Assembly (NCBI RefSeq): GCF_009914755.1
Contig: NC_060928.1
Strand: one strand, 5' to 3'
From: the human T2T-CHM13v2.0 reference genome, Homo sapiens
DNA: 64,000 bases
In this document: positions 37,474 through 51,800 of the stretch, one piece after another
Position numbering within the stretch: the stretch's first letter is position 1
How the letters are laid out: each line of letters opens with the position of its first letter
Notes under the pieces: generated by a model
What the model saw: only the letters and a program-made list of their open reading frames with translations
The model's database searches: none
Told to the model about the DNA's origin: nothing
Translations under genes and position numbers: made by a program

Positions 37474-40400
37474 CATTCTCAGAAACTTGTTTGTGATGTG
37501 TGTATTCAACTAACAGAGTTGAACTTTTGTTTTTACAGAGCCGTTTTAAAACACTCTTTTTGTGGAATCAGAAAGTGGATATTCGGATGGCTCTGAGGAT
37601 TTCGTTGGAAGCGGGATTACATATAAAATCTAGAGAGAAGCATTCTCAGGAACTTCTTTGTGATGTTTGCATTGAAGTCACAGAATTGAACATTCACTTT
37701 GATAGAGCAGGTTTGAAACACTCATTCTGTAGTATCTGGAAGTGGACATTTCAAGCGCTTTCAGGCCTATGGTGAGAAAGGAAATATCTTCGAATAAAAA
37801 CTAGACAGAAGCATCCTCAGAAACTTATTTGTGATGTGTGTCCTCAACTAACAGAGTTGAAACTTTGTTTTGATACAGCATTTTGGAAACACTCTTTTTG
37901 TAGAATCTGCAGGTGGATATTTGGATAGCTTAGAGGGATTCGTTGGAAAGGGGATATCTTCATATAAAATCTAGACAGAAGCATTCTCAGAAACTTATTT
38001 GTGATGTGTGTCCTCAACTAACAGAGTTGAACCTTGGTTTTGATACAGCATTTTGGAAACACTCCTTTTGTAGAATCTGCAGGTGGATATGTGGATAGCT
38101 CTGAAGATTTCGTTGGAAACGGGAATTTCTTCATATAAAATCAAACAGAAGCATTCTCAGAAACTTCTCAGTGATGTTTGCATTCAGCTCATGGAGTTGA
38201 ACACTTCCTTTCATAGAGCCGGTTTGAAACACTCTTTCTGCACTACCTGGAAGAGGACATTTCGAGCGCTTTGAGTCCTATGGTGAAAAAGGAAATATCT
38301 TCTCATAAAAACCAGAAAGAAGCATTCTCAGAAACTTCTTTGTGTTGTGTGTACTCATGTAACAGTGTTGAACCATCCTTTTGACAGAGCAGTTTTGAAA
38401 CACTCTTTTTGTAGAATCTGCAAGTGGATATTTGGATAGCTTTGAGGATTTCGTTGGAAACGGGATGACATATAATATCTAGAGAGAAGCATTCTCAGGA
38501 ACTTCTTTGTGATGTTTGCATTCAAGTCACAGAATTGAACATTCCCTTTCATAGAGCAGGTTTGAAACACTCTTTCTCTAGTATCTGGAAGTGGGCATTT
38601 CAAGCGCTTTCAGGCCTATGGAGAGAAAGGAAATACCTTCAAATAAAAACTAGACAGAAGCATTCTCAGAAACTTATTTGTGATGTGTGTCCTCAACTAA
38701 CAGAGTTGAACCTTTGTTTTGATACAGCATTTTGGAAACACTCCTTTTGTAGAATCTGCAGGTGGATATTTGGATAACTTTGAAGATTTCGTTGGAAACC
38801 GGAATATCTTCATATAAAATCAAGACAGAAGCATTCTCGGAAACATCTCTGTGATGTTTGCATTCAACTCAGTAGAGTTGATCACTTCCTTTCATAGAGC
38901 AGGTTTGAAACACTCTTTCTGCACTACCTGGAAGCGGACATTTCGAGCGCTTTGAGGCCTATGGTGAAAAAGGAAATATCTTCTCATAAAAACCAGAAAG
39001 AAGCATTCTCAGAAACTTCTTTGTGTTGTGTGTACTCAAGTAACAGTGTTGAACCTTCCTTTTGACACAGCAGTTTTGAAACACTCTTTTGGTAGAATCT
39101 GCAAGTGGATATTTGGATAGGTTTGAGGATTTCGTTGGAAACGGGTTATCTTCATATAAAATCCAGACAGGAGCATTCTCAGAAACTTCTTTGTGCTGCA
39201 TGTCCTCAATTCACAGAGCTGAACCTTTGTTTGGATACAGCATTTTGGAAACATTCCTTTAGTAAAATCTGCAAGTTGATATTTAGATAGCTTTGAAGAT
39301 TTCGTTGGTAACGGGAATATCTTCATAGAAAATCTAGACGGAAGCATTCTCAGAAACTGCTTTGTGATGTTTGCATTCAAGTCACAGAGTTGAATATTCC
39401 CTTTTATAGAGTAGGTTTGAAACACTCTTTCGGCACTACCTGGAAGTGGATATTTCGAGCTCTTTGAGGCCTATGGTTAAAAGGAAATATCTTCCCATAA
39501 AAACTAGACAGAAGCCGTCTCAGAAACTTGTTTGTGATGTGTGTATTCAACTACCAGAGTTGAACATTTCTGTTACAGAGCAATTTTAAAACACTCTTTT
39601 TGTGGAATCTGAAAGTGGATAATTGGATAGCTTTGTGGATTTCGTTGGAAACGGGATGACGTATAAAATCTAGAGAGAAGCATTCTCAGGAACTTCTTTC
39701 TGATGTTTGCATTCAAGTCACAGAATTGAACATTCCTTTTCATAGTGCAGGTTTGAAACACTCTTTCTGTAGTATCTGGAAGTGGACATTTCAAGCGCTT
39801 TCAGGCCTACGGGGAGAAAGGAAATATCTTCAAATAAAAACTAGACAGAAGGATTCTCAGAAACTTATTTGTGATGTGTGTCCTAAACGAACACAGTTGA
39901 ACCTTTGTTTTGATACAGCATTTTGGAAACACTCCTTTTGTAGGATCTGCAGGTGGATATTTGGATAGATTTTAAGATTTCGTTGGAAACGGGAGTTTCT
40001 TCATAGAAACTCAAGACAGATGCATTCTCAGAAACATCTCTGTGATGTTTGCATTCCACTCATAGAGTTGAAAACTTCCTTTCATAGAGCAGGTTTGAAA
40101 CACTCTTTTTGTAATATTTGGAAGTGGACATTTGCAGCGCTTTGAGGCCTATGGTGAAAAAGGAAATATCTTCTCATAAAAACCAGAAACAAGCATTCTC
40201 AGAAACTTCTTTTTGATGTGTGTACTCAAATAACAGAGTTGAACCTTCCTTTTGACACAGCAGTTTTGAAACAATCTTTTTGTAGAATCTGCAAGTGGAT
40301 ATTTGGATAGCTTTGAGGATTTCGTTGGAAACGGGATATCTTCATATAAAATCTAGACAGAAGCATTCTCAGAAACTTCTTTGTGCTGTATGTCCTCAAT

Positions 40401-40705
40401 TAACAGAGTTGAACCATTGCTTGGATACAGCATTTTGGAAACATTCCTTTAGTAGAATCTGCAAGTTGATATTTAGATAGATTTGAAGATTTCGTTGGAA
40501 AAGGGAATATCTCCATATAAAATCTAGACGGAAGCATTCTCAGAAACTGCTTTGTGATGTTTCCATTCAAGTCACAGAGTTGAATATTCCCTTTTATAGA
40601 GCACGTTTGAAACACTCTTTCTGCACTATCTGGAAGTGGACATTTCGAGCGCTTTGAGGCCTATGGTGAAAAAGGAAATATCTTCCCATAAAAATTAGAC
40701 AGAAG
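37474..40705 (+). repeat. Canonical 19-mer HOR
   Basis: Spacing 37500 to 40732. Confidence 0.92.
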
Positions 40706-41722
40706 CATTCTCAGAAACTTGTTTGTGATGTGTGTATTCAACTAACAGAGTTGAACTTTTGTTTTTACAGAGCCGTTTTAAAACACTCTTTTTGTGGAAT
40801 CAGAAAGTGGATATTCGGATGGCTCTGAGGATTTCGTTGGAAGCGGGATTACATATAAAATCTAGAGAGAAGCATTCTCAGGAACTTCTTTGTGATGTTT
40901 GCATTGAAGTCACAGAATTGAACATTCACTTTGATAGAGCAGGTTTGAAACACTCATTCTGTAGTATCTGGAAGTGGACATTTCAAGCGCTTTCAGGCCT
41001 ATGGTGAAAAAGGAAATATCTTCGAATAAAAACTAGACAGAAGCATCCTCAGAAACTTATTTGTGATGTGTGTCCTCAACTAACAGAGTTGAAACTTTGT
41101 TTTGATACAGCATTTTGGAAACACTCCTTTTGTAGAATCTGCAGGTGGATATGTGGATAGCTCTGAAGATTTCGTTGGAAACGGGAATTTCTTCATATAA
41201 AATCAAACAGAAGCATTCTCAGAAACTTCTCAGTGATGTTTGCATTCAGCTCATGGAGTTGAACACTTCCTTTCATAGAGCCGGTTTGAAACACTCTTTC
41301 TGCACTACCTGGAAGAGGCCATTTCGAGCGCTTTGAGTCCTATGGTGAAAAAGGAAATATCTTCTCATAAAAACCAGAAAGAAGCATTCTCAGAAACTTC
41401 TTTGTGTTGTGTGTACTCATGTAACAGTGTTGAACCATCCTTTTGACAGAGCAGTTTTGAAACACTCTTTTTGTAGAATCTGCAAGTGGATATTTGGATA
41501 GCTTTGAGGATTTCGTTGGAAACGGGATGACATATAATATCTAGAGAGAAGCATTCTCAGGAACTTCTTTGTGCTGTTTGCATTCAAGTCACAGAATTGA
41601 ACATTCCCTTTCATAGAGCAGATTTGAAACACTCTTTCTCTAGTATCTGGAAGTGGGCATTTCAAGCGCTTTCAGGCCTATTGAGAGAAAGGAAATACCT
41701 TCAAATAAAAACTAGACAGAAG
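40706..41722 (+). repeat. 6-mer HOR variant (1017 bp)
   Basis: Spacing 40732 to 41749. Confidence 0.92.
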
Positions 41723-44700
41723 CATTCTCAGAAACTTGTTTGTGATGTGTGTATTCAACTAACAGAGTTGAACTTTTGTTTTTACAGAGCCGTTTTAAAA
41801 CACTCTTTTTGTGGAATCAGAAAGTGGATATTCGGATGGCTCTGAGGATTTCGTTGGAAGCGGGATTACATATAAAATCTAGAGAGAAGCATTCTCAGGA
41901 ACTTCTTTGTGATGTTTGCATTGAAGTCACAGAATTGAACATTCACTTTGATAGAGCAGGTTTGAAACACTCATTCTGTAGTATCTGGAAGTGGACATTT
42001 CAAGCGCTTTCAGGCCTATGGTGAGAAAGGAAATATCTTCGAATAAAAACTAGACAGAAGCATCCTCAGAAACTTATTTGTGATGTGTGTCCTCAACTAA
42101 CAGAGTTGAAACTTTGTTTTGATACAGCATTTTGGAAACACTCTTTTTGTAGAATCTGCAGGTGGATATTTGGATAGCTTAGAGGGATTCGTTGGAAAGG
42201 GGATATCTTCATATAAAATCTAGACAGAAGCATTCTCAGAAACTTATTTGTGATGTGTGTCCTCAACTAACAGAGTTGAACCTTGGTTTTGATACAGCAT
42301 TTTGGAAACACTCCTTTTGTAGAATCTGCAGGTGGATATGTGGATAGCTCTGAAGATTTCGTTGGAAACGGGAATTTCTTCATATAAAATCAAACAGAAG
42401 CATTCTCAGAAACTTCTCAGTGATGTTTGCATTCAGCTCATGGAGTTGAACACTTCCTTTCATAGAGCCGGTTTGAAACACTCTTTCTGCACTACCTGGA
42501 AGAGGACATTTCGAGCGCTTTGAGTCCTATGGTGAAAAAGGAAATATCTTCTCATAAAAACCAGAAAGAAGCATTCTCAGAAACTTCTTTGTGTTGTGTG
42601 TACTCATGTAACAGTGTTGAACCATCCTTTTGACAGAGCAGTTTTGAAACACTCTTTTTGTAGAATCTGCAAGTGGATATTTGGATAGCTTTGAGGATTT
42701 CGTTGGAAACGGGATGACATATAATATCTAGAGAGAAGCATTCTCAGGAACTTCTTTGTGATGTTTGCATTCAAGTCACAGAATTGAACATTCCCTTTCA
42801 TAGAGCAGGTTTGAAACACTCTTTCTCTAGTATCTGGAAGTGGGCATTTCAAGCGCTTTCAGGCCTATTGAGAGAAAGGAAATACCTTCAAATAAAAACT
42901 AGACAGAAGCATTCTCAGAAACTTATTTGTGATGTGTGTCCTCAACTAACAGAGTTGAACCTTTGTTTTGATACAGCATTTTGGAAACACTCCTTTTGTA
43001 GAATCTGCAGGTGGATATTTGGATAACTTTGAAGATTTCGTTGGAAACCGGAATATCTTCATATAAAATCAAGACAGAAGCATTCTCGGAAACATCTCTG
43101 TGATGTTTGCATTCAACTCAGTAGAGTTGAACACTTCCTTTCATAGAGCAGGTTTGAAACACTCTTTCTGCACTACCTGGAAGCGGACATTTCGAGCGCT
43201 TTGAGGCCTATGGTGAAAAAGGAAATATCTTCTCATAAAAACCAGAAAGAAGCATTCTCAGAAACTTCTTTGTGTTGTGTGTACTCAAGTAACAGTGTTG
43301 AACCTTCCTTTTGACACAGCAGTTTTGAAACACTCTTTTGGTAGAATCTGCAAGTGGATATTTGGATAGGTTTGAGGATTTCGTTGGAAACGGGTTATCT
43401 TCATATAAAATCCAGACAGGAGCATTCTCAGAAACTTCTTTGTGCTGCATGTCCTCAATTCACAGAGCTGAACCTTTGTTTGGATACAGCATTTTGGAAA
43501 CATTCCTTTAGTAGAATCTGCAAGTTGATATTTAGATAGCTTTGAAGATTTCGTTGGAAACGGGAATATCTTCATAGAAAATCTAGACGGAAGCATTCTC
43601 AGAAACTGCTTTGTGATGTTTGCATTCAAGTCACAGAGTTGAATATTCCCTTTTATAGAGTAGGTTTGAAACACTCTTTCGGCACTACCTGGAAGTGGAT
43701 ATTTCGAGCTCTTTGAGGCCTATGGTTAAAAGGAAATATCTTCCCATAAAAACTAGACAGAAGCCGTCTCAGAAACTTGTTTGTGATGTGTGTATTCAAC
43801 TACCAGAGTTGAACATTTCTGTTACAGAGCAATTTTAAAACACTCTTTTTGTGGAATCTGAAAGTGGATAATTGGATAGCTTTGTGGATTTCGTTGGAAA
43901 CGGGATGACGTATAAAATCTAGAGAGAAGCATTCTCAGGAACTTCTTTCTGATGTTTGCATTCAAGTCACAGAATTGAACATTCCTTTTCATAGTGCAGG
44001 TTTGAAACACTCATTCTGTAGTATCTGGAAGTGGACATTTCAAGCGCTTTCAGGCCTATGGTGAGAAAGGAAATACCTTCAAATAAAAACTAGACAGAAG
44101 CATCCTCAGAAACTTATTTGTGATGTGTGTCCTCAACTAACAGAGTTGAACCTTTGTTTTGATACAGCATTTTGGAAACACTCCTTTTGTAGAATCTGCA
44201 GGTGGATATTTGGATAACTTTGAAGATTTCGTTGGAAACCGGAATATCTTCATATAAAATCCAGACAGGAGCATTCTCAGAAACTTCTTTGTGCTGCATG
44301 TCCTCAATTCACAGAGCTGAACCTTTGTTTGGATACAGCATTTTGGAAACATTCCTTTAGTAGAATCTGCAAGTTGATATTTAGATAGCTTTGAAGATTT
44401 CGTTGGTAACGGGAATATCTTCATAGAAAATCTAGACGGAAGCATTCTCAGAAACTGCTTTGTGATGTTTGCATTCAAGTCACAGAGTTGAATATTCCCT
44501 TTTATAGAGTAGGTTTGAAACACTCTTTCGGCACTACCTGGAAGTGGATATTTCGAGCTCTTTGAGGCCTATGGTTAAAAGGAAATATCTTCCCATAAAA
44601 ACTAGACAGAAGCCGTCTCAGAAACTTGTTTGTGATGTGTGTATTCAACTACCAGAGTTGAACATTTCTGTTACAGAGCAATTTTAAAACACTCTTTTTG

Positions 44701-45803
44701 TGGAATCTGAAAGTGGATAATTGGATAGCTTTGTGGATTTCGTTGGAAACGGGATGACGTATAAAATCTAGAGAGAAGCATTCTCAGGAACTTCTTTCTG
44801 ATGTTTGCATTCAAGTCACAGAATTGAACATTCCTTTTCATAGTGCAGGTTTGAAACACTCTTTCTGTAGTATCTGGAAGTGGACATTTCAAGCGCTTTC
44901 AGGCCTACGGGGAGAAAGGAAATATCTTCAAATAAAAACTAGACAGAAGGATTCTCAGAAACTTATTTGTGATGTGTGTCCTAAACGAACACAGTTGAAC
45001 CTTTGTTTTGATACAGCATTTTGGAAACACTCCTTTTGTAGGATCTGCAGGTGGATATTTGGATAGATTTTAAGATTTCGTTGGAAACGGGAGTTTCTTC
45101 ATAGAAACTCAAGACAGATGCATTCTCAGAAACATCTCTGTGATGTTTGCATTCCACTCATAGAGTTGAAAACTTCCTTTCATAGAGCAGGTTTGAAACA
45201 CTCTTTTTGTAATATTTGGAAGTGGACATTTGCAGCGCTTTGAGGCCTATGGTGAAAAAGGAAATATCTTCTCATAAAAACCAGAAACAAGCATTCTCAG
45301 AAACTTCTTTTTGATGTGTGTACTCAAGTAACAGAGTTGAACCTTCCTTTTGACACAGCAGTTTTGAAACAATCTTTTTGTAGAATCTGCAAGTGGATAT
45401 TTGGATAGCTTTGAGGATTTCGTTGGAAACGGGATATCTTCATATAAAATCTAGACAGAAGCATTCTCAGAAACTTCTTTGTGCTGTATGTCCTCAATTA
45501 ACAGAGTTGAACCATTGCTTGGATACAGCATTTTGGAAACATTCCTTGAGTAGAATCTGCAAGTTGATATTTAGATAGATTTGAAGATTTCGTTGGAAAA
45601 GGGAATATCTCCATATAAAATCTAGAGGGAAGCATTCTCAGAAACTGCTTTGTGATGTTTCCATTCAAGTCACAGAGTTGAATATTCCCTTTTATAGAGC
45701 ACGTTTGAAACACTCTTTCTGCACTATCTGGAAGTGGACATTTCGAGCGCTTTGAGGCCTATGGTGAAAAAGGAAATATCTTCCCATAAAAACTAGACAG
45801 AAG
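41723..45803 (+). repeat. 24-mer HOR variant (4081 bp = 19-mer plus a 5-monomer, 849-bp insertion at about 43930-44778)
   Basis: Spacing 41749 to 45830; m11-m13 occur twice; two chimeric monomers. Confidence 0.9.
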
Positions 45804-48800
45804 CATTCTCAGAAACTTGTTTGTGATGTGTGTATTCAACTAACAGAGTTGAACTTTTGTTTTTACAGAGCCGTTTTAAAACACTCTTTTTGTGGAATCA
45901 GAAAGTGGATATTCGGATGGCTCTGAGGATTTCGTTGGAAGCGGGATTACATATAAAATCTAGAGAGAAGCATTCTCAGGAACTTCTTTGTGATGTTTGC
46001 ATTGAAGTCACAGAATTGAACATTCACTTTGATAGAGCAGGTTTGAAACACTCATTCTGTAGTATCTGGAAGTGGACATTTCAAGCGCTTTCAGGCCTAT
46101 GGTGAGAAAGGAAATATCTTCGAATAAAAACTAGACAGAAGCATCCTCAGAAACTTATTTGTGATGTGTGTCCTCAACTAACAGAGTTGAAACTTTGTTT
46201 TGATACAGCATTTTGGAAACACTCTTTTTGTAGAATCTGCAGGTGGATATTTGGATAGCTTAGAGGGATTCGTTGGAAAGGGGATATCTTCATATAAAAT
46301 CTAGACAGAAGCATTCTCAGAAACTTATTTGTGATGTGTGTCCTCAACTAACAGAGTTGAACCTTGGTTTTGATACAGCATTTTGGAAACGCTCCTTTTG
46401 TAGAATCTGCAGGTGGATATGTGGATAGCTCTGAAGATTTCGTTGGAAACGGGAATTTCTTCATATAAAATCAAACAGAAGCATTCTCAGAAACTTCTCA
46501 GTGATGTTTGCATTCAGCTCATGGAGTTGAACACTTCCTTTCATAGAGCCGGTTTGAAACACTCTTTCTGCACTACCTGGAAGAGGACATTTCGAGCGCT
46601 TTGAGTCCTATGGTGAAAAAGGAAATATCTTCTCATAAAAACCAGAAAGAAGCATTCTCAGAAACTTCTTTGTGTTGTGTGTACTCATGTAACAGTGTTG
46701 AACCATCCTTTTGACAGAGCAGTTTTGAAACACTCTTTTTGTAGAATCTGCAAGTGGATATTTGGATAGCTTTGAGGATTTCGTTGGAAACGGGATGACA
46801 TATAATATCTAGAGAGAAGCATACTCAGGAACTTCTTTGTGATGTTTGCATTCAAGTCACAGAATTGAACATTCCCTTTCATAGAGCAGGTTTGAAACAC
46901 TCTTTCTCTAGTATCTGGAAGTGGGCATTTCAAGCGCTTTCAGGCCTATGGAGAGAAAGGAAATACCTTCAAATAAAAACTAGACAGAAGCATTCTCAGA
47001 AACTTATTTGTGATGTGTGTCCTCAACTAACAGAGTTGAACCTTTGTTTTGATACAGCATTTTGGAAACACTCCTTTTGTAGAATCTGCAGGTGGATATT
47101 TGGATAACTTTGAAGATTTCGTTGGAAACCGGAATATCTTCATATAAAATCAAGACAGAAGCATTCTCGGAAACATCTCTGTGATGTTTGCATTCAACTC
47201 AGTAGAGTTGAACACTTCCTTTCATAGAGCAGGTTTGAAACACTCTTTCTGCACTACCTGGAAGCGGACATTTCGAGCGCTTTGAGGCCTATGGTGAAAA
47301 AGGAAATATCTTCTCATAAAAACCAGAAAGAAGCATTCTCAGAAACTTCTTTGTGTTGTGTGTACTCAAGTAACAGTGTTGAACCTTCCTTTTGACACAG
47401 CAGTTTTGAAACACTCTTTTGGTAGAATCTGCAAGTGGATATTTGGATAGCTTTGAGGATTTCGTTGGAAACGGGTTATCTTCATATAAAATCCAGACAG
47501 GAGCATTCTCAGAAACTTCTTTGTGCTGCATGTCCTCAATTCACAGAGCTGAACCTTTGTTTGGATACAGCATTTTGGAAACATTCCTTTAGTAGAATCT
47601 GCAAGTTGATATTTAGATAGCTTTGAAGATTTCGTTGGAAACGGGAATATCTTCATAGAAAATCTAGACGGAAGCATTCTCAGAAACTGCTTTGTGATGT
47701 TTGCATTCAAGTCACAGAGTTGAATATTCCCTTTTATAGAGTAGGTTTGAAACACTCTTTCGGCACTACCTGGAAGTGGATATTTCGAGCTCTTTGAGGC
47801 CTATGGTTAAAAGGAAATATCTTCCCATAAAAACTAGACAGAAGCCGTCTCAGAAACTTGTTTGTGATGTGTGTATTCAACTACCAGAGTTGAACATTTC
47901 TGTTACAGAGCAATTTTAAAACACTCTTTTTGTGGAATCTGAAAGTGGATAATTGGATAGCTTTGTGGATTTCGTTGGAAACGGGATGACGTATAAAATC
48001 TAGAGAGAAGCATTCTCAGGAACTTCTTTCTGATGTTTGCATTCAAGTCACAGAATTGAACATTCCTTTTCATAGTGCAGGTTTGAAACACTCTTTCTGT
48101 AGTATCTGGAAGTGGACATTTCAAGCGCTTTCAGGCCTACGGGGAGAAAGGAAATATCTTCAAATAAAAACTAGACAGAAGGATTCTCAGAAACTTATTT
48201 GTGATGTGTGTCCTAAACGAACACAGTTGAACCTTTGTTTTGATACAGCATTTTGGAAACACTCCTTTTGTAGGATCTGCAGGTGGATATTTGGATAGAT
48301 TTTAAGATTTCGTTGGAAACGGGAGTTTCTTCATAGAAACTCAAGACAGATGCATTCTCAGAAACATCTCTGTGATGTTTGCATTCCACTCATAGAGTTG
48401 AAAACTTCCTTTCATAGAGCAGGTTTGAAACACTCTTTTTGTAATATTTGGAAGTGGACATTTGCAGCGCTTTGAGGCCTATGGTGAAAAAGGAAATATC
48501 TTCTCATAAAAACCAGAAACAAGCATTCTCAGAAACTTCTTTTTGATGTGTGTACTCAAGTAACAGAGTTGAACCTTCCTTTTGACACAGCAGTTTTGAA
48601 ACAATCTTTTTGTAGAATCTGCAAGTGGATATTTGGATAGCTTTGAGGATTTCGTTGGAAACGGGATATCTTCATATAAAATCTAGACAGAAGCATTCTC
48701 AGAAACTTCTTTGTGCTGTATGTCCTCAATTAACAGAGTTGAACCATTGCTTGGATACAGCATTTTGGAAACATTCCTTGAGTAGAATCTGCAAGTTGAT

Positions 48801-51800
48801 ATTTAGATAGATTTGAAGATTTCGTTGGAAAAGGGAATATCTCCATATAAAATCTAGAGGGAAGCATTCTCAGAAACTGCTTTGTGATGTTTCCATTCAA
48901 GTCACAGAGTTGAATATTCCCTTTTATAGAGCACGTTTGAAACACTCTTTCTGCACTATCTGGAAGTGGACATTTCGAGCGCTTTGAGGCCTATGGTGAA
49001 AAAGGAAATATCTTCCCATAAAAACTAGACAGAAGCATTCTCAGAAACTTGTTTGTGATGTGTGTATTCAACTAACAGAGTTGAACTTTTGTTTTTACAG
49101 AGCCGTTTTAAAACACTCTTTTTGTGGAATCAGAAAGTGGATATTCGGATGGCTCTGAGGATTTCGTTGGAAGCGGGATTACATATAAAATCTAGAGAGA
49201 AGCATTCTCAGGAACTTCTTTGTGATGTTTGCATTGAAGTCACAGAATTGAACATTCACTTTGATAGAGCAGGTTTGAAACACTCATTCTGTAGTATCTG
49301 GAAGTGGACATTTCAAGCGCTTTCAGGCCTATGGTGAGAAAGGAAATATCTTCGAATAAAAACTAGACAGAAGCATCCTCAGAAACTTATTTGTGATGTG
49401 TGTCCTCAACTAACAGAGTTGAAACTTTGTTTTGATACAGCATTTTGGAAACACTCTTTTTGTAGAATCTGCAGGTGGATATTTGGATAGCTTAGAGGGA
49501 TTCGTTGGAAAGGGGATATCTTCATATAAAATCTAGACAGAAGCATTCTCAGAAACTTATTTGTGATGTGTGTCCTCAACTAACAGAGTTGAACCTTGGT
49601 TTTGATACAGCATTTTGGAAACGCTCCTTTTGTAGAATCTGCAGGTGGATATGTGGATAGCTCTGAAGATTTCGTTGGAAACGGGAATTTCTTCATATAA
49701 AATCAAACAGAAGCATTCTCAGAAACTTCTCAGTGATGTTTGCATTCAGCTCATGGAGTTGAACACTTCCTTTCATAGAGCCGGTTTGAAACACTCTTTC
49801 TGCACTACCTGGAAGAGGACATTTCGAGCGCTTTGAGTCCTATGGTGAAAAAGGAAATATCTTCTCATAAAAACCAGAAAGAAGCATTCTCAGAAACTTC
49901 TTTGTGTTGTGTGTACTCATGTAACAGTGTTGAACCATCCTTTTGACAGAGCAGTTTTGAAACACTCTTTTTGTAGAATCTGCAAGTGGATATTTGGATA
50001 GCTTTGAGGATTTCGTTGGAAACGGGATGACATATAATATCTAGAGAGAAGCATACTCAGGAACTTCTTTGTGATGTTTGCATTCAAGTCACAGAATTGA
50101 ACATTCCCTTTCATAGAGCAGGTTTGAAACACTCTTTCTCTAGTATCTGGAAGTGGGCATTTCAAGCGCTTTCAGGCCTATGGAGAGAAAGGAAATACCT
50201 TCAAATAAAAACTAGACAGAAGCATTCTCAGAAACTTATTTGTGATGTGTGTCCTCAACTAACAGAGTTGAACCTTTGTTTTGATACAGCATTTTGGAAA
50301 CACTCCTTTTGTAGAATCTGCAGGTGGATATTTGGATAACTTTGAAGATTTCGTTGGAAACCGGAATATCTTCATATAAAATCAAGACAGAAGCATTCTC
50401 GGAAACATCTCTGTGATGTTTGCATTCAACTCAGTAGAGTTGAACACTTCCTTTCATAGAGCAGGTTTGAAACACTCTTTCTGCACTACCTGGAAGCGGA
50501 CATTTCGAGCGCTTTGAGGCCTATGGTGAAAAAGGAAATATCTTCTCATAAAAACCAGAAAGAAGCATTCTCAGAAACTTCTTTGTGTTGTGTGTACTCA
50601 AGTAACAGTGTTGAACCTTCCTTTTGACACAGCAGTTTTGAAACACTCTTTTGGTAGAATCTGCAAGTGGATATTTGGATAGCTTTGAGGATTTCGTTGG
50701 AAACGGGTTATCTTCATATAAAATCCAGACAGGAGCATTCTCAGAAACTTCTTTGTGCTGCATGTCCTCAATTCACAGAGCTGAACCTTTGTTTGGATAC
50801 AGCATTTTGGAAACATTCCTTTAGTAGAATCTGCAAGTTGATATTTAGATAGCTTTGAAGATTTCGTTGGAAACGGGAATATCTTCATAGAAAATCTAGA
50901 CGGAAGCATTCTCAGAAACTGCTTTGTGATGTTTGCATTCAAGTCACAGAGTTGAATATTCCCTTTTATAGAGTAGGTTTGAAACACTCTTTCGGCACTA
51001 CCTGGAAGTGGATATTTCGAGCTCTTTGAGGCCTATGGTTAAAAGGAAATATCTTCCCATAAAAACTAGACAGAAGCCGTCTCAGAAACTTGTTTGTGAT
51101 GTGTGTATTCAACTACCAGAGTTGAACATTTCTGTTACAGAGCAATTTTAAAACACTCTTTTTGTGGAATCTGAAAGTGGATAATTGGATAGCTTTGTGG
51201 ATTTCGTTGGAAACGGGATGACGTATAAAATCTAGAGAGAAGCATTCTCAGGAACTTCTTTCTGATGTTTGCATTCAAGTCACAGAATTGAACATTCCTT
51301 TTCATAGTGCAGGTTTGAAACACTCTTTCTGTAGTATCTGGAAGTGGACATTTCAAGCGCTTTCAGGCCTACGGGGAGAAAGGAAATATCTTCAAATAAA
51401 AACTAGACAGAAGGATTCTCAGAAACTTATTTGTGATGTGTGTCCTAAACGAACACAGTTGAACCTTTGTTTTGATACAGCATTTTGGAAACACTCCTTT
51501 TGTAGGATCTGCAGGTGGATATTTGGATAGATTTTAAGATTTCGTTGGAAACGGGAGTTTCTTCATAGAAACTCAAGACAGATGCATTCTCAGAAACATC
51601 TCTGTGATGTTTGCATTCCACTCATAGAGTTGAAAACTTCCTTTCATAGAGCAGGTTTGAAACACTCTTTTTGTAATATTTGGAAGTGGACATTTGCAGC
51701 GCTTTGAGGCCTATGGTGAAAAAGGAAATATCTTCTCATAAAAACCAGAAACAAGCATTCTCAGAAACTTCTTTTTGATGTGTGTACTCAAGTAACAGAG

